Virus record (IMG/VR): IMGVR_UViG_3300048861_000043
Location: 3,178 to 67,177 of that record
Direction: 5' to 3' (one strand)
From: a virus
Lineage: Duplodnaviria; Caudoviricetes
DNA: 64,000 nucleotides
A program made the translations under genes and the position numbers. Each line of letters starts with the position of its first letter. Within the stretch, counting starts at the first letter, position 1. Below, in pieces: positions 28,017-36,260 of the stretch. The notes under the pieces are model-generated. The model saw only the letters and a list, made by a program, of their open reading frames with translations, searched no databases and was not told the origin of the DNA.

Positions 28017-28106
28017 GGCATATCCTGTTTAAGAGAGCTACTGATTTCTCGCCCGCATGGCGCAGTGGCCCGCAATCGCGGCGCGCGGCGATCTATATTC
28101 ACCCTC

Positions 28107-28182
28107 ATGGTGGACGACTGAAACGGCCTGCTTAGATCACCGTTCAAAGCCCGTTAGCAGAACGGGATCAATCGTCCATCAT
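28107..28182. ncRNA. Candidate three-way-junction RNA with kissing loops
   Basis: P1 28107-28117/28172-28182; P2 28122-28126/28140-28144; P3 28150-28155/28161-28166; loops CTGCT and AGCAG are complementary. Confidence 0.5.
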
Positions 28183-28384
28183 AAAGATGCTCAAGGGCGA
28201 CAGAACCGCCCAAATTAATGAATAAAGCCGCTCATGGGCTACAGTATTCGTACCCGCTCAGGCACGAAACGTTGCGTTTTCAACTATTTTTTCTATCACC
28301 GTACCCGATCAGGAACGGCGTTAGGCGCCTCAGCCATCCGTGTCACGCTGCCAAGCCAATTGGCTGACGGCTGAGGCAGGGGGA

Positions 28385-28543
28385 CTAAGGCTTGGGCAAT
28401 TTGTCCAACTGCATCGGCGGATCGATTGTCACGCGCACTAGCTCGCCGTCCGCAGCGAGAGTTAGATGATGGCCTGCCGCAATAGCGTTGGCCATACACG
28501 GAGCGGCAACGCGGAGTTTCTCCTGGATATCATCGGCTGTCAT
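28385..28543 (-). CDS. Small hypothetical protein (52 aa)
   Basis: Own translation MTADDIQEKLRVAAP...; AAGGAG RBS; ATGA coupling. Confidence 0.6.
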   Translation of the reverse strand: MTADDIQEKLRVAAPCMANAIAAGHHLTLAADGELVRVTIDPPMQLDKLPKP

Positions 28544-28644
28544 TGACCATCTCCTTCGATCCTATCTGCCAATTCAATCCAGAATCGGCTGGCCTCCAGA
28601 TTCCACGTGCCCAGCCAAAGCATTAGCGCGGTGTACGGATTCAT
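28540..28644 (-). CDS. Small hypothetical peptide (34 aa)
   Basis: MNPYTALMLWLGTWNLEAS...; coupled on both sides (TGATG, ATGA). Confidence 0.55.
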   Translation of the reverse strand: MNPYTALMLWLGTWNLEASRFWIELADRIEGDGQ

Positions 28645-28883
28645 CAATCTTCCTTGGCGAAAAAGCCTTCGCCGCGCACTTGCCTGTATTGGCCTTCATC
28701 TACCTTGGCGCGCGCTTCGGCAAAGGATTCCCGGTACTGCGGGCAATCGACCATCTCGCCTTCAATCTCCCGGCGAATAGTCGAAGGCTCGGCTACATCA
28801 ATTGCTCTCAGATACCTTCCGTGGCATTCCCGATCCAGCACAATTCGACCGTCAGACTGTTGGGCGAGGAAGTACGTGAGCAT
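28644..28883 (-). CDS. Hypothetical protein
   Basis: GGAG RBS before ATG 28883; MLTYFLAQQSDGRIV... Confidence 0.6.
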   Translation of the reverse strand: MLTYFLAQQSDGRIVLDRECHGRYLRAIDVAEPSTIRREIEGEMVDCPQYRESFAEARAKVDEGQYRQVRGEGFFAKED

Positions 28884-28952
28884 GCTTACTCCAAGAATTC
28901 TGGCCGGCGAACCGGCGAGAGACACATTGCATGTCTGCGGGCAGGTTGCGGC

Positions 28953-29153
28953 TCACGAACGGTCCGCGGCAGGGTGAAACAATTCTTCGGCTCGCTTGCG
29001 CGCCTCGCTCCATTCCTCGCTCGACTTCCGTTTGAGCGTCAAAATAGGGCGTTTGGGAGTTTGCTGAGCTTGCCGCTTCTCGCGCGCTTGCTTGGCTGCA
29101 TAGACGTCCTCGGGATTACCGTAGCAATTCGAGGGAAGGGCAGTTGAGCGCAT
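28953..29153 (-). CDS. Hypothetical basic protein, first ORF after late terminator
   Basis: MRSTALPSNCYGNPEDVY..KQ.RE...RP.LTL; start placed downstream of tR'-like terminator. Confidence 0.55.
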   Translation of the reverse strand: MRSTALPSNCYGNPEDVYAAKQAREKRQAQQTPKRPILTLKRKSSEEWSEARKRAEELFHPAADRS

Positions 29154-29160
29154 GGCGAGC

Positions 29161-29195
29161 AAATGAAAAAGCCCCGCAGCAATCGCTAGCAGGGC
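29161..29195 (-). terminator. tR'-like late terminator
   Basis: GCCCTGC-T-AGC-GATT-GCT-GCGGGGC then TTTTTCATTT, ~25-55 nt after predicted late start. Confidence 0.7.
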
Positions 29196-29223
29196 CTGGA
29201 CGAAGTAATTCAACTTTGACAAA

Positions 29224-29266
29224 ACTATAGCGGTTTTCTCGAAAAGTGTCCGATCTAAAGTGTCCG
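29224..29266 (-). promoter_or_regulatory. pR'-like late promoter with direct repeats (candidate Q-binding element)
   Basis: CGGACA-17bp-TATAGT; AAAGTGTCCG repeated at 29243-29252 and 29257-29266. Confidence 0.6.
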
Positions 29267-29282
29267 GTTTTTGGCGGACACA

Positions 29283-29921
29283 CTACGCGTTCATGAATTG
29301 TCGGCGTGGCAAGATCGGGCCAGTCGGCAGCACACCTTTGGGGTTGGCGGTATAGCCATCGAACCATGGGGCGTTCGACGGCAAAGACAATCGCACGAAT
29401 TGCCGCTTTGTTTCAACCGTCATAGGCAGCGATTCATGCACACACAACCCGTCCAACCAATAGACCGTTCCGGGCGCAAAAATCGTCTCAGAGTCATCGC
29501 GACATTGGACGGCCAGATGATCGCATTCGCCTTCCCATCCAGGGAATCCATCAAAGCTCTGATTCCATGCCCGGCAACCAGCGTGGGAAGACACGGTCAA
29601 CATTCCATTCCCGACAGATCCCCATCCTCCGCCACCACCACCCCATCCTCCGCAGCGCCCCTGATACACGCCATCCACATGTCGCCCACTGCGGCGATGC
29701 GTACTCGCTGGCGCCACGGTCTTTTCATCGATCGTGAGATAGCCGACTTCTCCGTGGTGTTTGCACATGCCAAACATTTCGGACAGAGTACTCGACCAAT
29801 TGACAAGATCATTCGGAACACTTTGCAGGTCACCAATCATGATTGGGAGCATCATCACACGCACACCCGAAAACTGAGGCAACCCGACTTCTCCAGCTTT
29901 GTGAAACGCGCTATCGAACAT
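29283..29921 (-). CDS. 2OG-Fe(II) dioxygenase-like protein
   Basis: HVD...VHES...RQFVRL (HxD/H/R) pattern; GGAGG RBS before 29921. Confidence 0.65.
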   Translation of the reverse strand: MFDSAFHKAGEVGLPQFSGVRVMMLPIMIGDLQSVPNDLVNWSSTLSEMFGMCKHHGEVGYLTIDEKTVAPASTHRRSGRHVDGVYQGRCGGWGGGGGGWGSVGNGMLTVSSHAGCRAWNQSFDGFPGWEGECDHLAVQCRDDSETIFAPGTVYWLDGLCVHESLPMTVETKRQFVRLSLPSNAPWFDGYTANPKGVLPTGPILPRRQFMNA

Positions 29922-29929
29922 CTTCCCTC

Positions 29930-30319
29930 CTAACCGCACAGCATCCGTTGATAGGCCCGGTACGCATCGCGCCGGAATTTCTTCAGCATCTCGTAGAACT
30001 GCGACTTCTCCATGTCTACATGATCCATGATCAGCTTGGCGGGGCGAACGCGGTGCAGGTACATCAGATAGAACGCCTCTTTCGGCTTGCCTTCTGGCAT
30101 CGCGAGAAGTGACAGATTGAAGTAGCTCGCGCTGGCGCTTAGCTCTGCATCTGGCACCTCTCCGCCGGGGAGGTTTTGAAGCCTCACTAAAATGTTCTTT
30201 GGAACCGGAGGCGCGAATAGTCGTCGCGACCTATGCCAAGACGCCCACTTCTCGCACATGGCAAGAATGCGCTCGTCTTCGCTCTGCGCTATTGCCTTAC
30301 CTTCGTTCACCACGTCCAT
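29930..30319 (-). CDS. Late antiterminator, Q-like
   Basis: Last gene of nin region before late promoter; W..W...; C-terminal HTH-like segment; start re-called at 30319. Confidence 0.6.
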   Translation of the reverse strand: MDVVNEGKAIAQSEDERILAMCEKWASWHRSRRLFAPPVPKNILVRLQNLPGGEVPDAELSASASYFNLSLLAMPEGKPKEAFYLMYLHRVRPAKLIMDHVDMEKSQFYEMLKKFRRDAYRAYQRMLCG

Positions 30320-30369
30320 GCGAACCCCGACACAAGATATAGGTAGAGACACGACTTCGAATACCGCTA

Positions 30370-30398
30370 ATTGTATCACTACACGTTTCGCACTACAA
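30370..30398 (-). promoter_or_regulatory. Candidate sigma70 promoter for Q-like gene
   Basis: TTGTAG-17bp-TACAAT in AT-rich intergenic gap; TGTAGTG direct repeat. Confidence 0.45.
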
Positions 30399-30429
30399 AT
30401 GAAAAACGTTGTCAATCAGCAAGTTGCGA

Positions 30430-30654
30430 TCATTCTTCGAACCCGGTTGTGCCCATGAACCTGTACTCGATGCCGCCCACTTCCTCCCGCTCCCAAGGCG
30501 CCTGCACAGGCGGCGTCGGCAAGTCACGCCACTTGCGGTTGTGCTTAGTCGGTGCCACGTAGCGCGGGCGGTGGAGGAGGTAGAGGGCAAAAGTAATAAC
30601 GACGCCAAGAAGTGTTAGAGCACATCCTATAAGCATCCCGACCAGCAGAATCAT
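30430..30654 (-). CDS. Small membrane protein
   Basis: N-terminal hydrophobic helix; coupled to upstream gene. Confidence 0.65.
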   Translation of the reverse strand: MILLVGMLIGCALTLLGVVITFALYLLHRPRYVAPTKHNRKWRDLPTPPVQAPWEREEVGGIEYRFMGTTGFEE

Positions 30655-31304
30655 GCGGCCTCCGTTTGAATATTTTGTATTGCCGGCCTTTCGACTTCAA
30701 TAAGTTTTCCGGCTTTCAACCATTCACTAATTCGTTGCCTGCGCACTCCGAGAACACATGCGGCATCGGCGAGACACATCACTTGGTCGCCTATTCTGAC
30801 GAAACGATTTGTTCTCCGGTTCCTGGCTTGTTCGTGGCTTGTAGCCCAACGGCAGTTACCAGGTCCATAACCTTTTTCGTTGTCTATGCGGTCCACGGTG
30901 TGTTTTTCGCTAGGTGCCTCTCCCATATCACGATAAAAGACATCGAAATTAAGCCAGTCAGGATGGATAGTGATTCCTCTTCCTCCGTACCGGGGATAAG
31001 ACCTTGATCCCGTATCTGTTACCCTCGATACCATAGCCGTCCACGTGGTATACATCTTTGTTCCGGTCATGCCATGGGTAGTGGCGCGCCTCCCAACTTC
31101 TGACGCAGACTCTCTTTGTAGGCAGCCGCATGATCTGGTTGTCCCTCTCCTGAGGTGGTTGCTTTGGATGACCTTCACCTTTCCACAGTCACAGATGCAT
31201 TCCCAATAAGAGGCCCTTGCCTTTCCCTCGATAGATGTGGGTTTGATTACAGATAATCGCCCAAACCTCATGCCCGTCAAATTGAATTTCAGTTTCCCAG
31301 CCAT
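30651..31304 (-). CDS. HNH-type homing endonuclease-like protein
   Basis: LTG.RFGRL.V...W.C.CDCG...SCGC...YGGRGI...F..DMG...DRIDN.KGY.PGNCRWAT..EQ.RN. Confidence 0.85.
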   Translation of the reverse strand: MAGKLKFNLTGMRFGRLSVIKPTSIEGKARASYWECICDCGKVKVIQSNHLRRGTTRSCGCLQRESASEVGRRATTHGMTGTKMYTTWTAMVSRVTDTGSRSYPRYGGRGITIHPDWLNFDVFYRDMGEAPSEKHTVDRIDNEKGYGPGNCRWATSHEQARNRRTNRFVRIGDQVMCLADAACVLGVRRQRISEWLKAGKLIEVERPAIQNIQTEAA

Positions 31305-31426
31305 GCCGACTCCGATAATTCGATGTGCATTGAGAACCCTTCAGACAGGTACAGAGCCGCCAGGATCAGGATGGAGAAGATGCCGAGGAGGTAGCCGATT
31401 AGGAGGCCGGGTAGGAAGGCGGTCAT
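31289..31426 (-). CDS. Small membrane peptide
   Basis: MTAFLPGLLIGYLLGIFSILILAALYL...; ATGA coupling. Confidence 0.55.
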   Translation of the reverse strand: MTAFLPGLLIGYLLGIFSILILAALYLSEGFSMHIELSESAWLGN

Positions 31427-31614
31427 GGTTGTTCCTTCGATATATTCTGCGCGGCCAGATCCATGACATCCTGAAACGTTGCATCGCGCCAGACAGCGAT
31501 CCATGGCTGTGATTCGGGCAGGCGGCCAGCCACGAAACGCCGCCGCCACTCCGACACCTGCAACACCATCTTCTTTCGCCAACCAAGGCGATAACGCGTA
31601 AGGCCGGTTAGCAT
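31423..31614 (-). CDS. Hypothetical protein
   Basis: LTG.TRYR.GWR.K.VLQV...WRDAT..D; coupled. Confidence 0.65.
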   Translation of the reverse strand: MLTGLTRYRLGWRKKMVLQVSEWRRRFVAGRLPESQPWIAVWRDATFQDVMDLAAQNISKEQP

Positions 31615-31811
31615 GCTTTCTCCTTGGCACGATATTCAAAGAACAGTATGTCGCGCGTGAACGGGTGTTTTCCGAACCTCCCGCGACGCTCGATCCACTC
31701 AAAGAACCTGTACTGCCCCTCTGATACCTCACGCGGCCAAATGGCGAAGAAGGGGCGCCATGCGCCTATGCGCTCCTCCGTTTCAGCGCGTGTCGCGAAT
31801 TGTAGTTTCAT
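31608..31811 (-). CDS. Hypothetical protein
   Basis: W..FFA.WP...W.E.IERR; coupled. Confidence 0.65.
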   Translation of the reverse strand: MKLQFATRAETEERIGAWRPFFAIWPREVSEGQYRFFEWIERRGRFGKHPFTRDILFFEYRAKEKAC

Positions 31812-32065
31812 GCTTTCTCCTTGCGGGCGGCGGATGCATGCCTTAACCCACTCTGTACGGCGTCGCGTATTGCATTAGCATACAAATTCATGTTGACTAG
31901 ATGATTGCTGAGAATCGTGTTTTCCTCCCGCAGCGCCCGCAACTCGGCGATAAGGGCGAGCATTCCTTCCGGGTCCATTGCATGCAAAGCGAACGGGATG
32001 CGATCGCCAGGCATTCCACTCGACGCCGCCTTCGCCAGAGTTTCGAGTTCTTCGATGTCGATCAT
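31808..32065 (-). CDS. Ead/Ea22-like hypothetical protein
   Basis: IDIEELE.LAKAA...P...LALIAELR.L. Confidence 0.6.
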   Translation of the reverse strand: MIDIEELETLAKAASSGMPGDRIPFALHAMDPEGMLALIAELRALREENTILSNHLVNMNLYANAIRDAVQSGLRHASAARKEKA

Positions 32066-32505
32066 GCTGCCTCCAATTCTTGTTGTTCAACTCCAGTCTC
32101 CCGCTTCGTTTGCGCGAGCAGATCGGCTTCTGTTCCGTGAATGCTTTCCCACGTCTCCCGGCCGTCATGAATCGCTACACCGTGGCCGCCAGTGCGGTGA
32201 TGCGGCGGGCACAGGCCTAGCACATCCATGTGACTAGCGCGTTGACCGGCGCCCGCGAGAAACCGCACATGATGAATTTCGCACGGCGTCTCGCCGAGAC
32301 CAAGATTGCGACAGGCGATGCAGCCCAACCGCACGACCGCATCCATGTGACGCTTCTCCGCGGCAGTCGCAGCCTTCTTCCGCGATACCCGCCCCTTCGC
32401 CTCCTGGTTGCGCTCGAATTGCTGGCGGTCGGGCAGGGCGAAGGGTTTGGGCTCTTTGCGTTTGAAGGCGGTACGGCGCATTGGGGTTTTGCGGGTTAGG
32501 GTCAT
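32062..32505 (-). CDS. Ref-family (HNH-like) recombination nuclease
   Basis: H...V..LGC.ACR....P.EIHH...G.R.SH...L.LCP.HHR...G..IH...WE..HGTE. Confidence 0.8.
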   Translation of the reverse strand: MTLTRKTPMRRTAFKRKEPKPFALPDRQQFERNQEAKGRVSRKKAATAAEKRHMDAVVRLGCIACRNLGLGETPCEIHHVRFLAGAGQRASHMDVLGLCPPHHRTGGHGVAIHDGRETWESIHGTEADLLAQTKRETGVEQQELEAA

Positions 32506-32633
32506 GCCTCTCTCCATATGTGGTAGAGCGCCCACACTCCAAAGTAAATCCCAGCACCGATTCCAACTGCCGGCGAAACGTGCGGAGAGATATAGACAGC
32601 GGCACAAATGGTGAAAAGTTGGCTGTGTTTCAT
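32502..32633 (-). CDS. Small membrane peptide (43 aa)
   Basis: Own translation MKHSQLFTICAAVYISPH...WREA; ATGA coupling. Confidence 0.55.
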   Translation of the reverse strand: MKHSQLFTICAAVYISPHVSPAVGIGAGIYFGVWALYHIWREA

Positions 32634-32635
32634 GA

Positions 32636-33094
32636 TTAAACAAACCCCATAACGCGTTCAACTACCGCGTCCAGATCCGCCCTCGAATAATTGCGCAGCA
32701 CCTTTTGCAGCAGCACGTTCGCCACCGCCGAATAGACGCGCTCGAATTCCTCGTCGTCCATGTTGGCGAAGCTGATGCTATGGGCCTCGGCGCGGACGTC
32801 GCCATGCAAATTGGCAACGGCGTCATAGAAGCCGGCGGCGATGATGCAATCCTTGCGGAACCGTTCGCGATTCTTCTGGACTGGCATGCCCTTGTGTTCC
32901 GACTCGGGCGGATCGAAAGCATCGAAGCCAATGTCGAGAAGGGCGAAGAACTTGCGGTGAAACTTGCCATTTCGCGGCGCCGACACTTCCGCGCGCACCG
33001 TCGAGCCGACCTTGAATCGCTTGCACTTGTCGGCCTCGCTCTCGCTGATCGGGATCAGGTAGCCTTGGGGCGTCTTGGTGAGCAGGACTTCCAT
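32636..33094 (-). CDS. DUF1367-like (NinB-related) protein
   Basis: PRN.KFHRKFFALL..GF...KN.E.FR......G.Y...SISFA.MD..EF...Y. Confidence 0.85.
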   Translation of the reverse strand: MEVLLTKTPQGYLIPISESEADKCKRFKVGSTVRAEVSAPRNGKFHRKFFALLDIGFDAFDPPESEHKGMPVQKNRERFRKDCIIAAGFYDAVANLHGDVRAEAHSISFANMDDEEFERVYSAVANVLLQKVLRNYSRADLDAVVERVMGFV

Positions 33095-33288
33095 TAGGCC
33101 GTTACTCCCACGAAGAAGCGAATCATCCGGCGAACAAGAGATCGGCGCGGCTCCCATAATTTCGGCTCGCCTTTCTGCATGCACAGGCCGCTGTATTGCG
33201 CCTCCGTTGAGCAGAAGTAGCCTGTCGCTGCGCACCGGTCCCAACCGCGACGATGCGCGCATGTTCTGCAGTTGCGTTCGTCGCTCAT
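33094..33288 (-). CDS. Cys-rich hypothetical protein
   Basis: C..C...C...C...C...WEPR; TAATG coupling. Confidence 0.65.
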   Translation of the reverse strand: MSDERNCRTCAHRRGWDRCAATGYFCSTEAQYSGLCMQKGEPKLWEPRRSLVRRMIRFFVGVTA

Positions 33289-33509
33289 ACCGTCGCCCCC
33301 ATTTCTCTCGCAAACCGAGTTACCCGCCATGCAAACTCTTTAGCGGCTTCTTCACGTCCAATCCGTCGAGCCTCATTCAGCAATTGAGCCACGGCGTGGT
33401 AATCGGAAAATTCGTTGAAATGCACCGCGCGCTCAACATCTCCCACTTTGAATAGGGCGTCGCCGCTGCTGTCGGTTTCGTTACCGAACCATTCAGATTG
33501 GAAGGTCAT
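33285..33509 (-). CDS. Hypothetical protein
   Basis: 74 aa; coupled on both sides. Confidence 0.65.
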   Translation of the reverse strand: MTFQSEWFGNETDSSGDALFKVGDVERAVHFNEFSDYHAVAQLLNEARRIGREEAAKEFAWRVTRFAREMGATV

Positions 33510-34144
33510 TGAGCCTCCGCGTCTGAGCGCATCATCGTTCGGAATGATTCCCTCTCTTTAGAGACCTGAGCATCGGCATCTTTGAATGCTTGATACTCGG
33601 CGAACTTGATCGATTGGTCTGCCGCCCGATTCGACGTCTCAATCCGTCTCGCGTCTTCCTCGCGGGCGACGTGTTCTGTCATCGCCTGGCTGTCTGCGAT
33701 CGTGTAATGCCGCGGACTCTTGTCGGCGTACATCGCCTTGAGGCGTCCGACATGAGGCGTCAGAACGTCCAGCATTTCAAGATAGCCACCGGCCACCATG
33801 CGATCGTCGTTCAGCTTACCGGCGGCCTGAGCGTCGACCAGAATGGCAAGGCAGGCGAGCGCATGGGCGAAATGGGGCAGCCCGCTATCCGCATCGTTGT
33901 CCTGGCCTTCGAACCATTTTGCGAGGTGCCGTTGCGCCGCATCAACATAGATCGATGCGCGCACACCAGCCACTCGCCAATTTGAGCGGCCATATTTGAG
34001 CATGCCGTCTAGTAAGCCAAGCGAGCCAAGTGCCGAGGCAGTGGCTGGCCAGAGGTGGAGCGGCAGCTTGCCTGAGCCGATCGCATCTTTGGGATTCGTA
34101 TCTTTGAGTTGAATCTCGTCGGCCTTTTGCCAATGCTCGCTCAT
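33506..34144 (-). CDS. dATP/dGTP diphosphohydrolase domain protein (DUF5664-like)
   Basis: NPKD..G..K.PLHL.P...G..KYG..NWR...Y..A..RHL..W..G.D.D..SGLPH.AHA.ACL.IL. Confidence 0.85.
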   Translation of the reverse strand: MSEHWQKADEIQLKDTNPKDAIGSGKLPLHLWPATASALGSLGLLDGMLKYGRSNWRVAGVRASIYVDAAQRHLAKWFEGQDNDADSGLPHFAHALACLAILVDAQAAGKLNDDRMVAGGYLEMLDVLTPHVGRLKAMYADKSPRHYTIADSQAMTEHVAREEDARRIETSNRAADQSIKFAEYQAFKDADAQVSKERESFRTMMRSDAEAQ

Positions 34145-34455
34145 ACTTCCTCCGGAATCAGATCGGCCAGGTGAAAAACCTTGAGGCCCATCCTGTCGGC
34201 AGCCATTCGTTCAATCTTTGCCCCGCATGAATCGGTCCAGCCGGGCAACAGGCAGATGGCCGTGCAACCTCTCATTGCGAGAAGATCCGCAGCGATGCAA
34301 TCGAGCCAATCGGCGCTCTCGTCGGGGTTGATCTCAACGGGATTTACAACTTCCCAACGAAGGTTGCGCAGGCGCACGGCGACCCGATTGAACAACGGGA
34401 AGTTGAGGCGCGGTAGTCCCGTCATCGGCCCGCTGATGTAGATTTTTCCCTTCAT
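34141..34455 (-). CDS. DUF4406 (nucleoside 2-deoxyribosyltransferase-like) protein
   Basis: IYISGPMTGLP..NFP.F...NP.E...C..I.LLPGW..S.GA.IE. Confidence 0.9.
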   Translation of the reverse strand: MKGKIYISGPMTGLPRLNFPLFNRVAVRLRNLRWEVVNPVEINPDESADWLDCIAADLLAMRGCTAICLLPGWTDSCGAKIERMAADRMGLKVFHLADLIPEEV

Positions 34456-34826
34456 TCTCTTTCCTCAATAGGTGCACAATGTTCGTAGGAGCTTCCTTTT
34501 TGTCCCGGCTCGTTGCTCCCAGAGCAAGCCAGTTCGTGATTCGTCGCATGCGGACACCGCTTGTTTCCGCAGTTCGGGCAAAGGACCATGCGCGTCCTGA
34601 ATCCGATGTTCGGATCACACGTCGCACACCAGCAGGTAGGCAACTCATATCCACCAATCTCCTCGCTCGCCTGCGTGATTTCCGAGAGAGCGGTGCTGTT
34701 ATTGGCCCGACGCAATATCTCTTGGGCGAAGCGAACCAGTTTGTCCATCGAGCCCACATGAACGCCGTGAGCATTGGCGCACTCATAAAGGTCGGCGGGG
34801 CGGTCGAAGCCGGGTAAGTTGGTCAT
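34452..34826 (-). CDS. Hypothetical protein with Cys-rich C-terminus
   Basis: CWC..C...M.LCP.CGNKRCP.AT.H...C..SNEPGQ.GS.Y. Confidence 0.75.
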   Translation of the reverse strand: MTNLPGFDRPADLYECANAHGVHVGSMDKLVRFAQEILRRANNSTALSEITQASEEIGGYELPTCWCATCDPNIGFRTRMVLCPNCGNKRCPHATNHELACSGSNEPGQKGSSYEHCAPIEERE

Positions 34827-35221
34827 ATAAAGTCCCTCCGACGCGCCGTTCTGCAGCACAAATAATCAAGCGAGGTGTTCAGTTGCTTCGCAAGTTCGAT
34901 CAGCTGCCAGTAGTGCGGTAACTTCTGATCGGCCTCGTAATTCCAGATGCTCCGAGCGCTCACGCGCGCCTGCTGGGCCAGTTCTTCCTGTGACAACTTC
35001 AGGCGCTTGCGCAACTTGGCGAGGCGTTTGCCGAACGTTTCCTGCATCTTCGGTTTGCTCTCTGCATACCGGTGAGGGCGCCGTTTAAGATCGAATAAAC
35101 GGACGCACTCCACACAGCTACGCGTACAGACAAATCTCGGCGCAATGTGCCCGTGTTTGCAGGGCTTGCCAGTCTCGTATCGCTTCAGGCCGGCAGTTAT
35201 GGCTTCGTCTCGAGTCAGCAT
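34823..35221 (-). CDS. XRE-family HTH regulator with N-terminal CxxGH module
   Basis: GLKRY.TG.PCK.GH...C.EC fused to FG.RL..LRK...LSQEELA...W..YE. Confidence 0.85.
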   Translation of the reverse strand: MLTRDEAITAGLKRYETGKPCKHGHIAPRFVCTRSCVECVRLFDLKRRPHRYAESKPKMQETFGKRLAKLRKRLKLSQEELAQQARVSARSIWNYEADQKLPHYWQLIELAKQLNTSLDYLCCRTARRRDFI

Positions 35222-35229
35222 GGTTCCGC

Positions 35230-35688
35230 CTAAAAAGGGATGTCATCGTCCATCTGATCGAAGCCGCCGCCAGCAGGTTGGCGCTGTGCCGCCTGCCCTG
35301 TGGCGCGACCATCTGCCGGGCGCTGGCGCTGCGGCTGACGCTCGCCACCCTCCGATCGCCCACCCAGCATCACCATCTTGTCGGCGATGATCTCGGTCGA
35401 GTAACGATCCGTTCCGTCTTGCGCCTGATATTTGCGCGTACGGATGCGGCCCTCGAGATAGACCTGCGCGCCTTTCTTCAGGTACTCATTGACGATCTCA
35501 GCCAGCTTGCCGAAGAAGGCCACGCGATGCCATTCGGTGACTTCCTTCATTTCGCCAGACGACTTGTCCTTGTAGCGGTCAGTCGTCGCCACGCTGATAT
35601 TTGCCACGGCGTCACCGCTGGGCAGATAGCGGACTTCCGGGTCATTGCCAAGGTTGCCGACGAGGGTCACGCGATTTACGCTTGCCAT
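35230..35688 (-). CDS. ssb: Single-stranded DNA-binding protein
   Basis: [17 protein letters not shown]...TEWHRV..FGKLAE...KKG..VY.EGR.RTRK; DDDIPF tail. Confidence 0.97.
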   Translation of the reverse strand: MASVNRVTLVGNLGNDPEVRYLPSGDAVANISVATTDRYKDKSSGEMKEVTEWHRVAFFGKLAEIVNEYLKKGAQVYLEGRIRTRKYQAQDGTDRYSTEIIADKMVMLGGRSEGGERQPQRQRPADGRATGQAAQRQPAGGGFDQMDDDIPF

Positions 35689-36041
35689 GCTGTTGCTCCT
35701 GATTTGATCATTGCGTTGATTGTTGAGATAACGAGGTTGTCAGCCTTGGGCCACCACGCAAGATCCCGATACATTTCGTCTGTTTTGCGCTCAAGCTCTT
35801 CTTCGCTGATTCCAAGCGCATCGTTCGTGAGATAAAACAGGGATGCAGTAGAGCCGCCGAACATCAATTCCTGCTGGCTCATCTGCTGGAAGGTTCCTGG
35901 CAGTTTGCGGATCTGCGAGCGGATCGTTTCGTGACTCCAGCCGGTTTGCTTCACCAGCGCCGCAATTGACATAGGCCCGTTTTCGCGCATTGCATTGATC
36001 ATCGATGCGACACGCGTACTTTCGTAAGAGCGGGAAAGCAT
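35676..36041 (-). CDS. HTH-containing hypothetical protein
   Basis: wHTH-like N-terminus; WWP.AD C-terminus. Confidence 0.65.
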   Translation of the reverse strand: MLSRSYESTRVASMINAMRENGPMSIAALVKQTGWSHETIRSQIRKLPGTFQQMSQQELMFGGSTASLFYLTNDALGISEEELERKTDEMYRDLAWWPKADNLVISTINAMIKSGATAWQA

Positions 36042-36260
36042 TTAAGCGATCCTCCGCGTGATTCCGGGACGATCCATGAAGCCCGTTCCGGTGCCGCCGA
36101 CCGCCTTTACATGCTCAACTTCGACCTTGGCGGTGTTGATGATGGTCTGAGCGACTTCGGCAATCGCCTTGGCTCGGTCGATCTCCATCGGCTGTTCTTT
36201 GTTGCTTAACCCCTCGAGCGTCGCAAACAGGTGGCGGCGCAATTCGTCAATGTTCTTCAT
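36042..36260 (-). CDS. Hypothetical protein
   Basis: LR.HLF.TLE.L...DRAKAI..VAQ.IIN.AKVE; common partner of the upstream HNH gene. Confidence 0.75.
   Translation of the reverse strand: MKNIDELRRHLFATLEGLSNKEQPMEIDRAKAIAEVAQTIINTAKVEVEHVKAVGGTGTGFMDRPGITRRIA

Noticed and set aside
28107-28182. Purine riboswitch
   Set aside because: Topology is similar but the junction nucleotides do not match the purine aptamer consensus
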